Notes under the pieces: model-generated
Databases searched by the model: none
Seen by the model: the letters and a program-made list of their open reading frames with translations, nothing else
What the model was told of the DNA's origin: nothing
Assembly (NCBI GenBank): GCA_963719225.1
Contig: CAVRAY010000001.1
Span: forward strand, 2,880,001 to 2,944,000
Reading direction: 5' to 3'
Source of the DNA: Thermoanaerobaculia bacterium
GTDB lineage: Bacteria; Acidobacteriota; Thermoanaerobaculia; UBA5066
Length of the DNA stretch: 64,000 nucleotides
Part shown: positions 61,779-64,000 of the stretch, one piece after another
How positions within the stretch are numbered: position 1 is the first letter of the stretch
How the letters are laid out: each line of letters opens with the position of its first letter
Position numbers and translations under genes: made by a program

Positions 61779-62304
61779 AGTCTTCCTCCTCCTTCTTCTC
61801 TCCTCTTGCTCACTTTCCCTCGCCAAGAGCTTCCTGACGCAGGAGGAGGCGCTGCGGCTCGCGTTCCCGAAGGGCGCGGTCGTGACGCGGAAGACCGTGT
61901 TTCTCTCGGAGGCCGATCGCGCGGACGTCGCGCGCCGTTCGGGCGGTGCTCCCCCGCCGCGCCTCGTCATTTATTACACGGCGACCGTCGAGGGGCGCGC
62001 AGCCGGGACCGCCTACTTCGACACGCACGTGGTGCGGACGCTGCCCGAAACGATTCTCGTGGCCGTGGATCCGAAAGGCGCGATCGCGCGGATCGAGGTC
62101 TTCTCCTTCTCCGAGCCCGAGGAGTACATGCCGCGCGAGGCGTGGTACGGCCAGTTTGCGGGGAGGACGCTGGGCGAGGAGCTTTCCGAGAGAAAGGGCA
62201 TCAGGCCCGTCACGGGCGCGACCATCACGGTGCGCGTCACCGTCGAGGCGGCGCGCCGCGTCCTCGCGCTGGACGCTTTCCTCGAGGAGAAGGGTCGGAA
62301 GTGA
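61768..62304 (+). CDS. Exported FMN-binding (flavinylated) domain protein
   Basis: Signal peptide; W..QF.G and VTGATIT ([S/T]GAT flavinylation motif). Confidence 0.85.
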   Translation: MNSKVFLLLLLSSCSLSLAKSFLTQEEALRLAFPKGAVVTRKTVFLSEADRADVARRSGGAPPPRLVIYYTATVEGRAAGTAYFDTHVVRTLPETILVAVDPKGAIARIEVFSFSEPEEYMPREAWYGQFAGRTLGEELSERKGIRPVTGATITVRVTVEAARRVLALDAFLEEKGRK

Positions 62305-62738
62305 AGCGCTGGGCCGTCGTCCTGAACCACCTCGCCTGCGTCTTCGTCGGGCTCTCCGGAATCGCGTACGGCGTCATGAAGTACTTCCTGGCGGGCTCGG
62401 ACCCGGATTCGCGCGTCGGGCATCCGTGGCAGCAGCCGATGCTCAAGGTCCACATCCTCGCGGCGCCCTTCCTCGTCTTCGCCCTCGGCCTCATCTTCAG
62501 CGGCCACGCTCTCGCGCGACTGAAGGGGGGCATGGATACGGGCCGCACGAGCGGCTCGGGCCTCCTCGGCCTCGCGGCGCCGATGATCCTCACAGGCGCG
62601 ATGATCCAGGTTCTCACCGGCGACGCGGCTCGGCAGTGGACCGGGTGGATCCACGCCGCGCTCGGGGTCGTCTACGTCCTCGCCTACGCCGCGCACCTCC
62701 TGAAGAAGCTGCCCCTGGACGAGATCTCCCCCGGCTAG
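62301..62738 (+). CDS. 4-TM His-rich membrane protein (cytochrome b-like)
   Basis: GTG overlaps upstream stop; His pairs in TM2 (H..H) and TM4 (IHAALG...AAHL). Confidence 0.7.
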   Translation: MKRWAVVLNHLACVFVGLSGIAYGVMKYFLAGSDPDSRVGHPWQQPMLKVHILAAPFLVFALGLIFSGHALARLKGGMDTGRTSGSGLLGLAAPMILTGAMIQVLTGDAARQWTGWIHAALGVVYVLAYAAHLLKKLPLDEISPG

Positions 62739-63235
62739 GCGGCGGACGGGAGGGCTGGGAGCCAGCGGTTCGTCGCCCGTTTGTAAGCGAGATACGTCTC
62801 TCCGAAACGCGCCGCGAGGCCCGGCTCCTCGACGAAGATCACGAAGAGGTTCGAGAAGAAGAGCGCCGCGAGGGCGACGCCGAAAACGGACGGCGCGTCG
62901 AGGACGAGGCCGGAGCCGACCATCAGCGTGATCGCGCCGACGTACATGGGATTGCGCACGAAGCGGTAGGGCCCGACGGCGACGAAGCGCCTCGGCGCGT
63001 CGAACGGGGCCGGCGTTCCCTCTCCCCGCGCGACGAAAAGGACGACGCAGGTCAGCGCGAGGAGACCGCCGGCAACGGCGAGCGTCATACCGACCTCGGG
63101 CAGCCCCGCGATCGCCGGCAGCGCACGTCCGGCCGCCCGATCGAGGCGCGCGGCCTGCAACACGAGCCACCCCCACAGGGAAACGAAGCCTGTCGCATAC
63201 GCCAGCGCCCTGACCATCACGAAGAGCTGCCTCAC
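62735..63235 (-). CDS. ICMT/PEMT-family membrane methyltransferase
   Basis: GTPAPFDAP, GPYRFVRNPMY, EEP.L..RFG..Y..Y. Confidence 0.9.
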   Translation of the reverse strand: MRQLFVMVRALAYATGFVSLWGWLVLQAARLDRAAGRALPAIAGLPEVGMTLAVAGGLLALTCVVLFVARGEGTPAPFDAPRRFVAVGPYRFVRNPMYVGAITLMVGSGLVLDAPSVFGVALAALFFSNLFVIFVEEPGLAARFGETYLAYKRATNRWLPALPSAA

Positions 63236-63262
63236 AACGCCCTCCTCTCTCCGCTCTTCACC

Positions 63263-63271
63263 TTCTAAGAA
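63263..63271 (+). repeat. Intergenic copy of the dispersed motif
   Basis: ctcttcaccTTCTAAGAAaactcc. Confidence 0.75.
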
Positions 63272-63284
63272 AACTCCCCTCTTC

Positions 63285-64000
63285 TCACTCCCCCATCTTT
63301 TTCGGCTGGCCGAGCGCCGTCAACCCGGCGAGGCCGCCGAGACCCATCGTCTCGACTGCGCTCGACGGCACGATGACCATCGAGCCTTTCTCCTTGATCG
63401 CCTCGTAGAGCATGTTCATGGCGCGAAGATGGAGGGCGAGCGGGCGGTCCTTGTAGGCGTCCCCCGCCGCCACGAACCGCTCGGCGATCTCGGTCTCCGC
63501 GGTTCCGAGGATGATGCGGGCCTGGCGCTCGCGCTCGGCCTGGGCCTGACGCGACATCGCGTCCTCGAGCTCGGCCGGGATCTTCACGTCGCGGATCTCG
63601 ACGGATCCGACCGTGATGCCCCAGGGGTTCGTCTTCTCGTCGAGGATCGCCTGGAGCTGCTTGCCGAGCTGCTCGCGCTCGGTGATCATCTCGGCGAGCA
63701 TGTGCCGGCCGATCGTCTCGCGGAGGGCGGTCTGCGCCGAAAGCGCGATCGCGTCGAGGAAGTCAGCAACCTCGAGAACCGCCTTCTGCGCGTCCCACAC
63801 GGTCCAGAAGACGATCGCGTCCACGTTCACGGGGACCGTGTCCTTCGTGAGCGCGGACTCCGCGGACACGTCCGTCACGCGGACGCGCTGGTCCACGAGC
63901 TGCGAAATCTCGTCCACGACAGGGATGAGGAAGAACAGGCCGGGGCCCTTGAGCCCGACGAAGCGTCCGAACCTCAGCACGACGGCGCGCTCCCACTGGT
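63285..64000 (-). CDS. SPFH/stomatin-like (slipin) protein, 5'-truncated by window edge
   Basis: WERAVVLRFG, GPGLFF, LTKD.V.V.VDA, WGI.V..VEI.DV, AM.RQA.AERE. Confidence 0.93.
   Translation of the reverse strand, partial: QWERAVVLRFGRFVGLKGPGLFFLIPVVDEISQLVDQRVRVTDVSAESALTKDTVPVNVDAIVFWTVWDAQKAVLEVADFLDAIALSAQTALRETIGRHMLAEMITEREQLGKQLQAILDEKTNPWGITVGSVEIRDVKIPAELEDAMSRQAQAERERQARIILGTAETEIAERFVAAGDAYKDRPLALHLRAMNMLYEAIKEKGSMVIVPSSAVETMGLGGLAGLTALGQPKKMGE

Noticed and set aside
61771-61790. ATTCTAAAG as a further copy of the dispersed motif
   Set aside because: It deviates too much from the core, so it was not counted.

Overview
High-GC (about 70% by eye), gene-dense bacterial chromosome segment from a Gram-negative organism (kdsA/kdsD/kdsC, lpxH). 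Gene content suggests Acidobacteriota, possibly Thermoanaerobaculia; this is inference. It carries about 55 CDS: housekeeping genes (nrdR, lon, thiL, aroA, rpiB, lpdA), several membrane GT-C glycosyltransferases, secreted S8 and S53 proteases, a copper amine oxidase, modABC, and a KdpD/E-like pair beside two KimA-like K+ transporters. I found no rRNA, tRNA, CRISPR array or transposase. Main observations: (1) an AT-rich ~20-25 bp motif, consensus ctcttcaccTTCTAAGAAatcttc, occurs about 18 times, mostly inside genes, in different frames and strands, and often as inverted pairs 77-278 bp apart; it is a candidate undescribed genome-wide DNA signal. (2) A hidden UxxC selenoprotein with a SECIS-like hairpin lies at 42750-43280. 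(3) An ApbE/porin/FMN-binding protein/cytochrome-b-like operon sits under a Fur-like box. (4) Many genes appear leaderless, and two genes have ACG where the start codon is expected.
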